A DNA stretch of 64,000 nucleotides, from NCBI GenBank assembly GCA_038915815.1, contig JBCLCL010000003.1:7015-71014 (forward strand), read 5' to 3'. Below the pieces are notes generated by a model. It saw nothing but the letters and a program-made list of their open reading frames with translations, had not been told where the DNA came from and did not search any database. The translations under genes were made by a program, and so were the position numbers. The DNA comes from Candidatus Limnocylindrales bacterium. GTDB lineage: Bacteria > Chloroflexota > Limnocylindria > Limnocylindrales > CSP1-4. Numbering within the stretch: position 1 is the first letter of the stretch; each line of letters opens with the position of its first letter. Below are positions 32,981 through 42,389 of this stretch, piece after piece.

Positions 32981-33406
32981 TCAGCCGAACGGATTCTCGA
33001 TGCGGACGCCGCCGATGGAGCGTCCGCCCTGGAGGTCCTCGGTCATCAGGCGCGTCGCACCGGCGCGTCTCGCCGCCTCGATGACCAGCGTGTCCCAGTA
33101 CGAGAGGTGGTGCCGTTCCTCGAGCTGCGATGCCGCCAGGATGAGCGGCAGATCCACCTGGACGAGCGGCCAGCTGCCGTACAGGGCGACGACCTCGCGG
33201 GCGGCGCGGCGGCTCATCGGCGGGTCGAACTTGCGCGTCGCGACAACGTAGAACTCCTGGAGGATCTGGGTGCTGAGCGCCCCGGTCCGGGTCGCCCACA
33301 GCTCTTCGAGCAGCGCCCGGGCGATCGGCTGCTTCCGGACCTCCGAACGGTCATGCGCATAGACGAGGATGTTCGTGTCGACGAACGTCAGCGCGCCGGC
33401 GACCAT
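32981..33406 (-). CDS. vapC: PIN-domain toxin VapC
   Basis: FVDTNILVYAHD..., conserved PIN acidic quartet. 141 aa. Confidence 0.8.
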   Translation of the reverse strand: MVAGALTFVDTNILVYAHDRSEVRKQPIARALLEELWATRTGALSTQILQEFYVVATRKFDPPMSRRAAREVVALYGSWPLVQVDLPLILAASQLEERHHLSYWDTLVIEAARRAGATRLMTEDLQGGRSIGGVRIENPFG

Positions 33407-33412
33407 CGGGCG

Positions 33413-33646
33413 CTATCGGTCGTGGAGCTCGTCACGCCGCCAGGATCTGCCACCCCGGGCGATCGCTTCCCGGATGATCTCCTGGGCGCGACGCTGGGCC
33501 TCCTCGTAGCGGACATCCTGCTCGACCAGCGCATCCAGCTCGCGGGCGACCATGGCGCTGACCGACGTCCCGCGTTTGGCGGCGACGACGCGCGCACGCC
33601 GGATCACATCCTCGTCCAGCTGCAACGTCAGGTTCGTCCGCGCCAT
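33413..33646 (-). CDS. vapB: Ribbon-helix-helix antitoxin (VapB-like)
   Basis: GGAGG SD before ATG at 33646. MARTNLTLQLDEDVIRRARVVAAKRGTSVSAMV is an RHH motif. 77 aa. The 192-aa track ORF is an upstream extension. Confidence 0.7.
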   Translation of the reverse strand: MARTNLTLQLDEDVIRRARVVAAKRGTSVSAMVARELDALVEQDVRYEEAQRRAQEIIREAIARGGRSWRRDELHDR

Positions 33647-33675
33647 CGCTCCGCCCTCCACAGTCTCATGCGTGG

Positions 33676-33991
33676 ACCACAGCATACCACGGTCTTGGCA
33701 AACGGCGAAGTCTCGACCTATCCGAATGGCCGGGTTGCGGAGCGGGATCTGGGTCACGCAGCTGGTCAGCCGGATGGACTTCGTGGCGGCAGCCAGCCCG
33801 GTGAGCGCCGTCCAGGACTCGAACCACGGGCTGGGCGGGTTGGTCCAGTCCACGAAATGGTCCGCCAGCGCCGCCACCTCGATGCCGAGTTCCTCGAGCC
33901 GGACGAAGCGCTGCTTCAGGTCGAGCCACGGGACGTTCGGCAGCGAGAGGACCTGGAATCGCAAAGGGGGACGCACGCCGCATTCTGGCAC
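33676..33991 (-). pseudogene. N-terminal ~105-codon remnant of a luciferase-like monooxygenase (LLM/F420-dependent) family gene
   Basis: LRFQVLSLPNVPWLDLKQRFVRLEELGIEVAALADHFVDWTNPPSPWFESWTALTGLAAATKSIRLTSCVTQIPLRNPAI matches the LLM N-terminal TIM-barrel strands. The frame then runs straight into the antitoxin gene, and no C-terminal part is found anywhere. Confidence 0.5.
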
Positions 33992-34094
33992 GGGCCGGTC
34001 GCACAGACGACGGCCTCCGCCGAGAGCGCGATGGCGCCCAACGCCCCGGGCGCCTGCTGTAACCTCGCACCCTCATGTCGACTGGGAGCCTTCG

Positions 34095-37000
34095 GTGATC
34101 TGCTCGAGCTGCGGGACGGAGAACGAAGCCGGACGCAAGTTCTGCGGTGAGTGCGCGGCCCGATTGGCCGCCGTCTGCCCGTCCTGTGGAGCCACGAACG
34201 CCGCGACGTCGAAGTTCTGCGGTGAGTGTGCGACCCCGCTCGTCGCTGGAGCAGTCGCCTCCCCCTCGATGACCTCCGTACCCGGTCTATCGACGCCGGC
34301 CGCAGCCACCTCTCCCACCGCCGAGCGCCGCCTCGTCTCGGTCCTGTTCGTCGACCTCGTCGGCTTCACCCCGTTCTCCGAGGAGCGCGACAGCGAGGAA
34401 GTCCGCGAGATCCTGACCCGCTATTTCGACATCGCGACCGAGGTCATCACCCGCTACGGCGGCCTGGTCGAGAAGTTCATCGGCGACGCGGTCATGGCAG
34501 TCTGGGGGACCCCGACCGCCCGGGAAGACGATGCCGAGCGAAGCGTCCGAGCCGCACTCGATCTCGTCGATGCGGTACGGGTCCTCGGCAACGGGATCCA
34601 GGCCCGGGCTGGCGTCCTCACCGGGGAGGCCGCCGTCACCCTCGGGGCGACGAACCAGGGGATGGTCGCGGGCGACATCGTCAACACCGCCGCGCGGCTC
34701 CAGTCAGTCGCCCCACCGGGTGCCGTCCTCGTCGGCGAGGCGACCCACCGTGCCGCATCCTCGGCGATCGCCTTCGAGCCGGCCGGGGAGCAGACGCTCA
34801 AGGGCAAGGTCGCCCCCGTTCCGGCCTGGCGGGCGCTGCGGGTCGTCTCCCAAGTCGGCGGGCGCGGCCGGTCGGACGCCCTCGAGGCGCCGTTCGTCGG
34901 GCGCGACGATGAGCTGCGGCTGCTCAAGGACCTCTACCACGCGACCGTCCGCGAGGGGCGCACCCGGCTGGTCAGCATCACCGGAATCGGCGGGATCGGC
35001 AAGAGCCGCCTCGCCTGGGAGTTCGAGAAGTACCTCGACGGGATCGTCGGGTCCGCGTGGTGGCATCGTGGCCGCTCGCCCGCCTACGGCGAGGGGATCA
35101 CCTTCTGGGCACTCAACGAGATGATCCGCGGCCGGGCCGGCCTCGCTGAGACAGACGACGAACGGACGACCCGGGCGGCGATCGACACCCTCCTCGATGG
35201 CCTCACACTGGCCGAGGGGGAGCGACGCTGGATCGAGCCGGCGCTCCTCACCCTCCTCGGTGTCGAGACCGGGATCGGCGCCGAGCAGCTCTTCGGCGCC
35301 TGGCGGACCTTCTTCGAGCGCCTCGCCGCCACGGGCCCGGTCGTCCTCGTCTTCGAGGACCTCCACTGGGCGGACCCCGGCACGCTCGACTTCATCGACC
35401 ACCTGCTTGAGTGGAGCCGCTCGATCCCGCTCTACATCGTGACCCTCGCGCGGCCCGAGCTCCTCGACCGCCGTCCCGACTGGGGCGCCGGTCGGCGGAA
35501 CTTCTCCAGCCTTTATCTCGAGCCGCTCGCCGACCCCGCGATGCGGGCGCTCCTCGCGGGGCTCGTGCCCGGGCTCCCCGAGACCGCGGTCCGGGCCGTC
35601 GTCGCCCGGGCCGAGGGGATCCCGCTCTACGCCGTGGAGACGGTCCGGATGCTCGTCGCCGAGGGCAAGCTCGCCGCCGCGGGGGACGGGACGTACACCC
35701 CGACCGGCGACCTGAGCACCCTCGCCATCCCCGAGACGCTCACCGCCCTCATCGCCGCCCGCCTCGACGGCCTCGATCCTGCCGACCGCAGCCTCGTCCT
35801 CGACGCCGCGGTCCTCGGTCAATCCTTCGTGGTCCCGGGGCTGGCCGCCGTCTCGGGGATCCTCGAGGTCGACCTCGAGGCCCGACTTCGCGCCCTCGTC
35901 CGGCGCGAGCTCTTCGCCCACGAGACCGACCCACGCTCACCCGAGCGCGGCCAGTACGTGTTCGTCCAGGCGCTCATCCGCGAGGTGGCGTATAACACGC
36001 TCGCCCGCAAGGATCGCAAGACCCGCCACCTCGCCGCGGCCCGCTTCTTCGAGTCGCTCGGCACCGACGAGATCGCGGCGGGCCTTGCGGGCCACTACCT
36101 CGCGGCCCGCGACAACGCGACCGATGGCCCCGAGGCGGACGCGCTCGGTGCTCAGGCCCGCGTCGCGCTCCGTGGCGCGGCCGAGCGAGCCGGCGCTCTC
36201 GGTGCCCACGAGCAGTCGCTCACCTTCCTCGAGCAGGCACTCCAGGTCACGACGGATCCGACCGATCGGGCGGAGCTGCTCGAGCGGGCGGGGGAGGAGG
36301 CCTCGGCCGCCGGCCGGCACGACGCCGCCGAGCGTCACCTCCGGGCCGCATTGGAGGCGAGGCGAGCGATCGGCGAGCGATCGGCGATCGCCTGGGCGAT
36401 GACCGGGCTGGGTCGCGTGCTGAACATGGGTTCGCGCTCTTCGGACGCAGTCGTCCTCCTGCAGCCCGCCGCCGCCGAGTTCACCGACCTCGCCGCCGAC
36501 CCGAACGTCATCGCCCTCGGCGGGCAGCTCGCCCGGGCGCACTTCCTCGTCGACGACAACGCCAAGGCGATCGAGGTCGCGGATCGGGTTCTCGCGGCGG
36601 CCGAGCATGCCGACCTCGGCGTCATCGTTGCCGATACGCTCGTGACGAAGGGGACGGCGCTCGTTAACCTCGGCCGGGCGACGGAGGGCCTCGGTGTCCT
36701 TCGGGCAGGTCAGGAACTTGCGGAGGCCCTGGATCTCGGACTCACACGGCTCCGCGGGTACATCAATCGGTCAAGCATCGAGGCACCCCGCGATCCACGA
36801 CAGGCGGTTGAGACCTGCCGCGAGGGACTCCGACTCGCCCGACAGCTGGGCCAACGGAGTCCGGCCGTGGTCCTGCTCTCCAATGGTGTGGAGGGTGCGC
36901 TGCGGACCGGCGACTGGCCGTGGGGGCTCGCGGAGCTGGAGGTCGCACTCGCCGACGAGCTTGACGCCGCGGACCGGCTCTACCTGCTCGGCGCAGCCGT

Positions 37001-37634
37001 CGGCCTCCGAGCCCTGCGCGGCACGGGTGACGAAGCGCTCCTCGACGAGATGCGGCAGCTTGTCGACACCAGCACCGACCCGGCCCGTCTCACCAGTCTG
37101 ACGGCTGCGCTCGCGCTCACGGCCTTTGGGGCCGGGCGGCTCGGCGACGCACGGAGCGCTTGGCATCAGGCGGCCGGTCTCAGCTCGAACCTCCTGCCGG
37201 ATGCCCTTGCCAGATCCTGCCGGGCGAGCCTCTGGGCAAGCGACGCGAGTGGGGTCCGGGACGATCTCGCGGCTCTCGACGCCTCCGGTGCCCACGGTCG
37301 TGCGATCGAGGCCGACCGGGCTACCATCCGTGCCGGGCTCGCTGCGCTCGAGGGCCGGAAGGCGGAAGCGCTTGCCCTCTACCGCGAGGCGCTCCGAGCC
37401 TGGCGAGACCTCGGCCTGGCATGGGATGAAGCGCTCACCGGGGTCGACATGGCGACGCTCCTCGACCCCGCCGAACCGGAAGTCCGCGCCGCCGCCGAGG
37501 CGTCCCGCGATATCCTGGTTCGCCTCGAGGCCGCTCCGTTCATCGCCCGGCTCGAGGCGGCATCGGCGCGGTCATCGGACCGGGCGGTTCCGTCTGCCGC
37601 ACCCACAACGCTGGCGTCGGTGCCCTCTTCCTGA
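34095..37634 (+). CDS. Multidomain signalling protein: double zinc ribbon, class III adenylyl/guanylyl cyclase, STAND (AAA/NB-ARC-like) ATPase and TPR repeats (~1180 aa)
   Basis: GTG start at 34095 after the LLM remnant. CxxC-x-CxxC twice. Cyclase core (LVSVLFVDLVGFT... FIGDAVMAVWG... GDIVNTAARLQ). Walker A GIGGIGKSRLA. Long TPR-like helical C-terminus. The track ORF starts artefactually at 33552. Confidence 0.8.
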   Translation: MICSSCGTENEAGRKFCGECAARLAAVCPSCGATNAATSKFCGECATPLVAGAVASPSMTSVPGLSTPAAATSPTAERRLVSVLFVDLVGFTPFSEERDSEEVREILTRYFDIATEVITRYGGLVEKFIGDAVMAVWGTPTAREDDAERSVRAALDLVDAVRVLGNGIQARAGVLTGEAAVTLGATNQGMVAGDIVNTAARLQSVAPPGAVLVGEATHRAASSAIAFEPAGEQTLKGKVAPVPAWRALRVVSQVGGRGRSDALEAPFVGRDDELRLLKDLYHATVREGRTRLVSITGIGGIGKSRLAWEFEKYLDGIVGSAWWHRGRSPAYGEGITFWALNEMIRGRAGLAETDDERTTRAAIDTLLDGLTLAEGERRWIEPALLTLLGVETGIGAEQLFGAWRTFFERLAATGPVVLVFEDLHWADPGTLDFIDHLLEWSRSIPLYIVTLARPELLDRRPDWGAGRRNFSSLYLEPLADPAMRALLAGLVPGLPETAVRAVVARAEGIPLYAVETVRMLVAEGKLAAAGDGTYTPTGDLSTLAIPETLTALIAARLDGLDPADRSLVLDAAVLGQSFVVPGLAAVSGILEVDLEARLRALVRRELFAHETDPRSPERGQYVFVQALIREVAYNTLARKDRKTRHLAAARFFESLGTDEIAAGLAGHYLAARDNATDGPEADALGAQARVALRGAAERAGALGAHEQSLTFLEQALQVTTDPTDRAELLERAGEEASAAGRHDAAERHLRAALEARRAIGERSAIAWAMTGLGRVLNMGSRSSDAVVLLQPAAAEFTDLAADPNVIALGGQLARAHFLVDDNAKAIEVADRVLAAAEHADLGVIVADTLVTKGTALVNLGRATEGLGVLRAGQELAEALDLGLTRLRGYINRSSIEAPRDPRQAVETCREGLRLARQLGQRSPAVVLLSNGVEGALRTGDWPWGLAELEVALADELDAADRLYLLGAAVGLRALRGTGDEALLDEMRQLVDTSTDPARLTSLTAALALTAFGAGRLGDARSAWHQAAGLSSNLLPDALARSCRASLWASDASGVRDDLAALDASGAHGRAIEADRATIRAGLAALEGRKAEALALYREALRAWRDLGLAWDEALTGVDMATLLDPAEPEVRAAAEASRDILVRLEAAPFIARLEAASARSSDRAVPSAAPTTLASVPSS

Positions 37635-37660
37635 CGACGCGACGCTGCCAGCCGAGCCGC

Positions 37661-38455
37661 TCAGTCCTGCGCTGACCGAAGGAAACTGCGGACCTCTGCG
37701 TTGAAGGGCTCCGGCGCCTCCAGGTTGACCAGGTGACCCGCTCCGGGCACGACCACGAGGCGTGATGCGGGAATCCTGGCGTGGAGGTGCTCAGCCACGC
37801 TGAGTGGGGACCGGCGGTCGGCGTCGCCGTAGAGGAGCAGGGTGGGCACGTCGATGCCCGGAAGCACGTCACGCAGATCCGCTTCGGCAAGCGCGTGGGC
37901 CATCGCGCGGTACCCGGCGGGGTGGAAGTCGGACATCATCGCAACGACGTCTTCGACCAGCTCCGCGGGGGCGGATCCGGTGAGCAGGCCCGGGATCCAT
38001 CCGCGGATGAATCGCTCAGGGGGCAGGTCAGCCTCCCGGAGCACCTGCCGGAGGCGTTCCTCGACGACCTCGGCCGGGAGGGAACCCGCCCACCCCGCGT
38101 AGGCGGAAGCCAGCACGAGCGTCCTCGCGATTCGCGGGTGCCGGCGGCAGAGTTCGAGAGCGAGCGCCGCGCCGAGCGACAGGCCGAGCACGTGCGGTCG
38201 CGCCAGGCCGAGCGCCTCGATGAAGACAGCGAGGCAGTCGGCGTACTCCGGCATACGGAAGGTTTCGGGTGGATCGGATGACCGGCCGCAGCCCGGCGCG
38301 TCCCACGCCACCACGGTGAACTCGTCGGATAGGGCGTCGAGCTGCCTGCGCCACGCGCGACTGTCCTGGAGGATCCCGTGGAGCAGGACCAGCGGCGGCC
38401 CGTCGCCGCGTCGCTCGAAGGCGATGTCGAGGCCCTCGAGCCTGATCTCCTCCAT
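37661..38455 (-). CDS. Alpha/beta-hydrolase fold protein
   Basis: HGILQDS start of the ABH core, GLSLGA nucleophile elbow, C-terminal His in GAGHLVNLE. Confidence 0.75.
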   Translation of the reverse strand: MEEIRLEGLDIAFERRGDGPPLVLLHGILQDSRAWRRQLDALSDEFTVVAWDAPGCGRSSDPPETFRMPEYADCLAVFIEALGLARPHVLGLSLGAALALELCRRHPRIARTLVLASAYAGWAGSLPAEVVEERLRQVLREADLPPERFIRGWIPGLLTGSAPAELVEDVVAMMSDFHPAGYRAMAHALAEADLRDVLPGIDVPTLLLYGDADRRSPLSVAEHLHARIPASRLVVVPGAGHLVNLEAPEPFNAEVRSFLRSAQD

Positions 38456-38587
38456 AGCGACTCCCTTTCCAAAGGCCCGGCTCGGGACGCCGCGATCGTA
38501 CAGGGAGCGCGTTGCCGAGGTCGTTGTCCGTGGGTGGCCGACGCGGTAGCGTAGCCAGCCGGCGACGGATCAGGTAAGGAGGCTCCG

Positions 38588-38995
38588 ATGGCGACCGGCA
38601 CCGGCACGAAGGACGATCCCTGGGTCCTGCAGACCCCACCCGGCACCTCGGAGTACCGGATGTGGCGTGACGATGCCGGCGACCCGCCGGCGATCGTCTG
38701 CCAGGTGGGTGGCACGCAGCTCAAGTACGACGCACGCGCCATCACCGACCTGCACACGATGCTCAAGGCGCGCGGCGACTGGATGCCGCTCGGTGGCGCC
38801 GATGAGCAGAAGCCCGCCGCCGACGGCACCGTCGAGGCCTGGGGTCGGTCGGAGGGCAACCCGATCGGTGGCTGGTACGGCCTCAAGAAGGGCCTTCGCG
38901 GCCGCTTCGGGGTCTACATGCCGCCGCTCCTCGAGGCCCTGGGCCTGGCCGAGGTCACCCATGACGCCAAGAACAACCGGATGCGCGCCCGCTGA
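38588..38995 (+). CDS. Conserved hypothetical protein (135 aa)
   Basis: Strong RBS AAGGAGG before ATG. Good codon bias. No recognisable domain (KDDPWVLQTPPGTSEYRMWRDD...). Confidence 0.55.
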   Translation: MATGTGTKDDPWVLQTPPGTSEYRMWRDDAGDPPAIVCQVGGTQLKYDARAITDLHTMLKARGDWMPLGGADEQKPAADGTVEAWGRSEGNPIGGWYGLKKGLRGRFGVYMPPLLEALGLAEVTHDAKNNRMRAR

Positions 38996-39335
38996 CCCAG
39001 GGCACCGAGGCCGGCGGCGATCGTCCGACCTAGCCTTCGACCGGACGGCCCGTGACCGGAGTCGTGCGCTGGCGGGGGTGCCCCACGACGATGGGGACGA
39101 TGAGGGCTGCAGCGCCTCTCCAGATCAGCGCCCAGAGACTGGTAGGCAGGAGTTCGAGCCTGCAGGGCCGGTCACGGTGGCAGATCCACGCTCAGCGCGA
39201 GGCTGCAGGCGGCCGTGAGAGCCTGGATTCGGGCCATGTGAGGCCGGATCCGGTGCCTACCAGTCCCGTGAAGAGTCGATGGCAGGACTGGCGACCCTGG
39301 ACGCGCCGCCAAAGGCCCCGATAGGCGAGCCCCAG

Positions 39336-40049
39336 CTACAGGCCGAAGGTCAGCCGCAGGTTGTCCAGGTTGACGATCAGATCGCCGACGCCGACGCCGA
39401 CCAGCAGGACCCCGCCGACGATCTCGATCGCTCGGTGGTGGCTGGTGACGTACCGGACGATCTGCTGTCTCCGCGCCCCCGCAAGAAGCGACAGGAGGAC
39501 GAGCGGCAGACCGAAGCCGAGACCGTACGCGATGAAAGTGAGGATGCGTGGCAACGTCTCGGCGAGACCCACCGAATAGGCGATCAGCGACAGCGCGAAC
39601 GCGCCGGCGCATGGCAGCGCGAGCGGGCCGAGCATCAGCCCGTAGAGGTAGGCCTGGCCGAACGGGTTCGCCACGATCGGCACGACCGTTCCCGGGAGGC
39701 GTTCGAACGGGTTGCGACCGGCCAGGAGCAGGGCACCGAGCAGGATGAGCAGGCCGTCCACGAGCGGGATCAGGTAGCCAAGCACGACCCCGATCGGGAC
39801 CGCCACGATCACCAGGACGAGCGCCACCGCGAGCATGGTGGTGAGGACGCCCAGCAGGATGATGAGCCCGAGCAGGCCGGTCCCACGGCGACCGGCCAGG
39901 GCGGTCGTGTTGGCCGACAGGTAGGCCAGGAAGCTCGGGTAGAGCGGGAGCAGGCAGGGGCTCGCAGCGCTCGCGAGTCCAAGCGTGAACGCGAGCCAGA
40001 GGCCGTCCAGGTCAGGCCCCGTTGGCCACGGCCAGGGCCACGATCTCAT
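39336..40049 (-). CDS. ccdA: Cytochrome c-type biogenesis protein CcdA (DsbD-like thiol-disulfide transporter)
   Basis: ASPCLLPLYP and second Cys-containing helix (LPCAG). 6 TM helices. Start overlaps the upstream tlpA-like gene by ~38 nt (start choice uncertain). Confidence 0.75.
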   Translation of the reverse strand: MRSWPWPWPTGPDLDGLWLAFTLGLASAASPCLLPLYPSFLAYLSANTTALAGRRGTGLLGLIILLGVLTTMLAVALVLVIVAVPIGVVLGYLIPLVDGLLILLGALLLAGRNPFERLPGTVVPIVANPFGQAYLYGLMLGPLALPCAGAFALSLIAYSVGLAETLPRILTFIAYGLGFGLPLVLLSLLAGARRQQIVRYVTSHHRAIEIVGGVLLVGVGVGDLIVNLDNLRLTFGL

Positions 40050-40668
40050 CGGGGCTCTTGGGCCCGAACTCGGTCAGGGTCACCGTGCCGTCCGTCCCGA
40101 CCACGAGCATCGGGGTGGACGGAGGGTTGAGGAACTGGTCGCCGAACTCAGCAGCGAGCGCCCGGGCGAGATCCTTTCCGGCGACGGCATAACGGCCCTC
40201 GAATCCGTTCTGGATTCGGTAGGCCGCGAGGCTCTTGCCGTCCTCGTTCGGGTCCACGTCGAGCACGACGTAGACCACGTCGGCGGCCGGAAGCCGTGCA
40301 AGCGCTGCCTGGACGTTGCCCTGCTGGATCCTGCAATTCGAGCACCAGATGGCCATCGTTTCGATGATCACGACCTTGCCGGCGTGATCGGCGATCCGGA
40401 ACGTCTCCCCGGTGGAGACGTCGACGAGTTCGGCCGTCGCCCAGACCTGGGCCAGGACGGGGAGCGGGGCCGCGCTCGATGGGCCCGACGAGGATCCGAC
40501 CGACGCCGCCGGCGGGGAGGAGGCCGGGACCTGTGACGATCCGTTCGTCGCAGCCGGCTCCGGAGCCGCGCTGGTCGGAACCCCGGCCGAACCACCACAC
40601 GCGGCGAGCGCGATCAGGGCGCCGAACGCCAGGGCGACTTGAGCGGCGGGTCGCCGGCGGTCCTTCAT
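40012..40668 (-). CDS. Thioredoxin-fold thiol-disulfide oxidoreductase lipoprotein (TlpA/ResA-like)
   Basis: Lipobox LAACGGS, Ser/Pro linker, active-site WCSNC. Start ATG 40668 (MKDRRRPAAQ). Confidence 0.8.
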   Translation of the reverse strand: MKDRRRPAAQVALAFGALIALAACGGSAGVPTSAAPEPAATNGSSQVPASSPPAASVGSSSGPSSAAPLPVLAQVWATAELVDVSTGETFRIADHAGKVVIIETMAIWCSNCRIQQGNVQAALARLPAADVVYVVLDVDPNEDGKSLAAYRIQNGFEGRYAVAGKDLARALAAEFGDQFLNPPSTPMLVVGTDGTVTLTEFGPKSPDEIVALAVANGA

Positions 40669-40946
40669 CCGCGCATCATGCGGCACCCCGATGACAGTCC
40701 CGTGTCGGTCGTCGCTTTACCATGACCCTGGCCTCCGGGGCCGCGAGAACGGGGCTCTACGTCGGACTGTTGGCTTACTGGTTCATCCCGGATCGGCGGA
40801 TGGAGCGCGCCCTCAGAAGGTAGCCGGGTCCGACGACGGCGCTCGCAGGGCGCGCGGCGCGCGAAACTCGCGTTGCAGCGGCCCCCGGCGGTGACGCACA
40901 ATCGCGCGATCCGGGGGCAGGCACAGGGACGAGAGGGACGTCGAAC

Positions 40947-42389
40947 ATGACAGGATCCGCGAGCCCGGGCGCCGAGGCCGGCGTCGGCACGATCGAGACG
41001 CGCTCCATCGACTACGTGCCTGAATCCGAGCGTCACGGCACGGTCTGGCAGCAGGGCCGGTTCTGGTTCCTGGGCAACTTCCAGTTCTTCACCGTCTTCA
41101 TCGGATTCATCGGACCGTCGATCGGCCTGACGATGCTCCAGACGGTCGTGGCCGGGACGCTCGGCATCGCGTTCGGGACCCTGTTCATGGCCTTCCACGC
41201 CACGCAGGGCCCGCACCTTGGGCTGCCGCAGATGATCCAGTCGCGCGCCCAGCTGGGTTACCGCGGGGTCGTCATCGCCCTGTTCGGGTCGTTCGTGACG
41301 TTCATGCTGTTCAACGTCGTCGACGTGATCCTGCTCGGCCTCGGTCTGAACGGCATCTTCGGCTGGGATCCGCTGGCGATCGCCATCGGGACCACGGTCA
41401 TCGCCGCGGCCCTCGCCATCTACGGCCACGACCTGCTCCACAAAGTCTTCCGGCTGCTCTTCTTCGTGGCGCTCCCGTTCTACGTGATCCTGACCGCGGC
41501 GATCGTCACCGGGAACTTGGCCGGCACGGAGGCGCCCGCGGGTGAGTTCGCCTGGGCGGCCTTCGTTGCCCAGTTCATCGCCGCCGCCGCCTACAACATC
41601 ACCTACGCGCCCTACGTCTCCGACTACTCGCGCTACATGCCTCGTTCGACCCGGACGAGGCCGATCGTGCTGTCGGTCTTCCTCGGGGCGGGCGGCTCGG
41701 CGGTCTGGCTCATCGCGATCGGGGCCTGGCTGGCGACGAACCTGGGCGCCACAGACCCGCTGGTGGCCCTGCGCGACGCCGGCGACCTGGTCTTCGGCGG
41801 GCTCGGATCGCTGCTCGCCATCCTGTCCGTCCTGGCGCTCGTCGCCACGATGGGGATCAACGCCTACAGCGCGATGCTCTCGACCGTCACCGCGATCGAC
41901 TCCGTCCGGCCGATCAAGCCGACCCGCACCCTGCGGATCGTGACGATCGTGGTCCTGGCGCTGGTCTGGGCCGCGGCCGCGATCTCGTTCGGCGGCGACG
42001 CCGTCGGCGCGCTGTTCAACAGCCTCATCGTGATGCTCTATCTGATCGTCCCGTGGACGGCGATCAACCTGGTCGACTACTTCTTCGTCCGGCACGGTCG
42101 CTACGCCATCACGGACCTGTTCACGCCGACCGGGATCTACGGCAGTTGGGGACAGCGCGGCCTGACCGCCTATGCGATCGGGCTGGTCTCGATGCTGCCG
42201 TTCATCGTCATCCCCGGAGTCGTCACCGCGCCGATCGCTGAACAACTCGGCGGCACGGATATCTCGGCCGTTGTTGGGCTGTTCGTGTCGGCCGTCGTCT
42301 ACTACATCCTGACCCGCTCGCTGGACCTGGCATCCGAGACGCCGGCCATCGAGGCCAGTGAGCGGACCATCGCGGAAACCATGCCATGA
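40947..42389 (+). CDS. NCS1-family nucleobase/cation symporter (cytosine/purine/hydantoin/allantoin-type permease)
   Basis: 12-TM. CodB/NCS1 N-terminal motif (SIDYVPESERHG...GNFQFFTVFIG). Confidence 0.8.
   Translation: MTGSASPGAEAGVGTIETRSIDYVPESERHGTVWQQGRFWFLGNFQFFTVFIGFIGPSIGLTMLQTVVAGTLGIAFGTLFMAFHATQGPHLGLPQMIQSRAQLGYRGVVIALFGSFVTFMLFNVVDVILLGLGLNGIFGWDPLAIAIGTTVIAAALAIYGHDLLHKVFRLLFFVALPFYVILTAAIVTGNLAGTEAPAGEFAWAAFVAQFIAAAAYNITYAPYVSDYSRYMPRSTRTRPIVLSVFLGAGGSAVWLIAIGAWLATNLGATDPLVALRDAGDLVFGGLGSLLAILSVLALVATMGINAYSAMLSTVTAIDSVRPIKPTRTLRIVTIVVLALVWAAAAISFGGDAVGALFNSLIVMLYLIVPWTAINLVDYFFVRHGRYAITDLFTPTGIYGSWGQRGLTAYAIGLVSMLPFIVIPGVVTAPIAEQLGGTDISAVVGLFVSAVVYYILTRSLDLASETPAIEASERTIAETMP

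Noticed and set aside
33552-34094. Upstream 181 codons of the 1360-aa ORF containing the cyclase gene
   Set aside because: This frame runs antisense through two confident minus-strand TA genes and the LLM remnant. The real start is the GTG at 34095 just after the intergenic gap.
40690-40946. Guanidine riboswitch (ykkC / mini-ykkC) in the NCS1 leader
   Set aside because: I looked for the GGGA...ACGR loops and the GGUCCGAGAG core. Only partial look-alikes (GGGACGAGAGGGACG; CCGGGTCCGACGACGG) were found, with no convincing paired structure by eye. Left as a low-priority Infernal check under the cluster finding.
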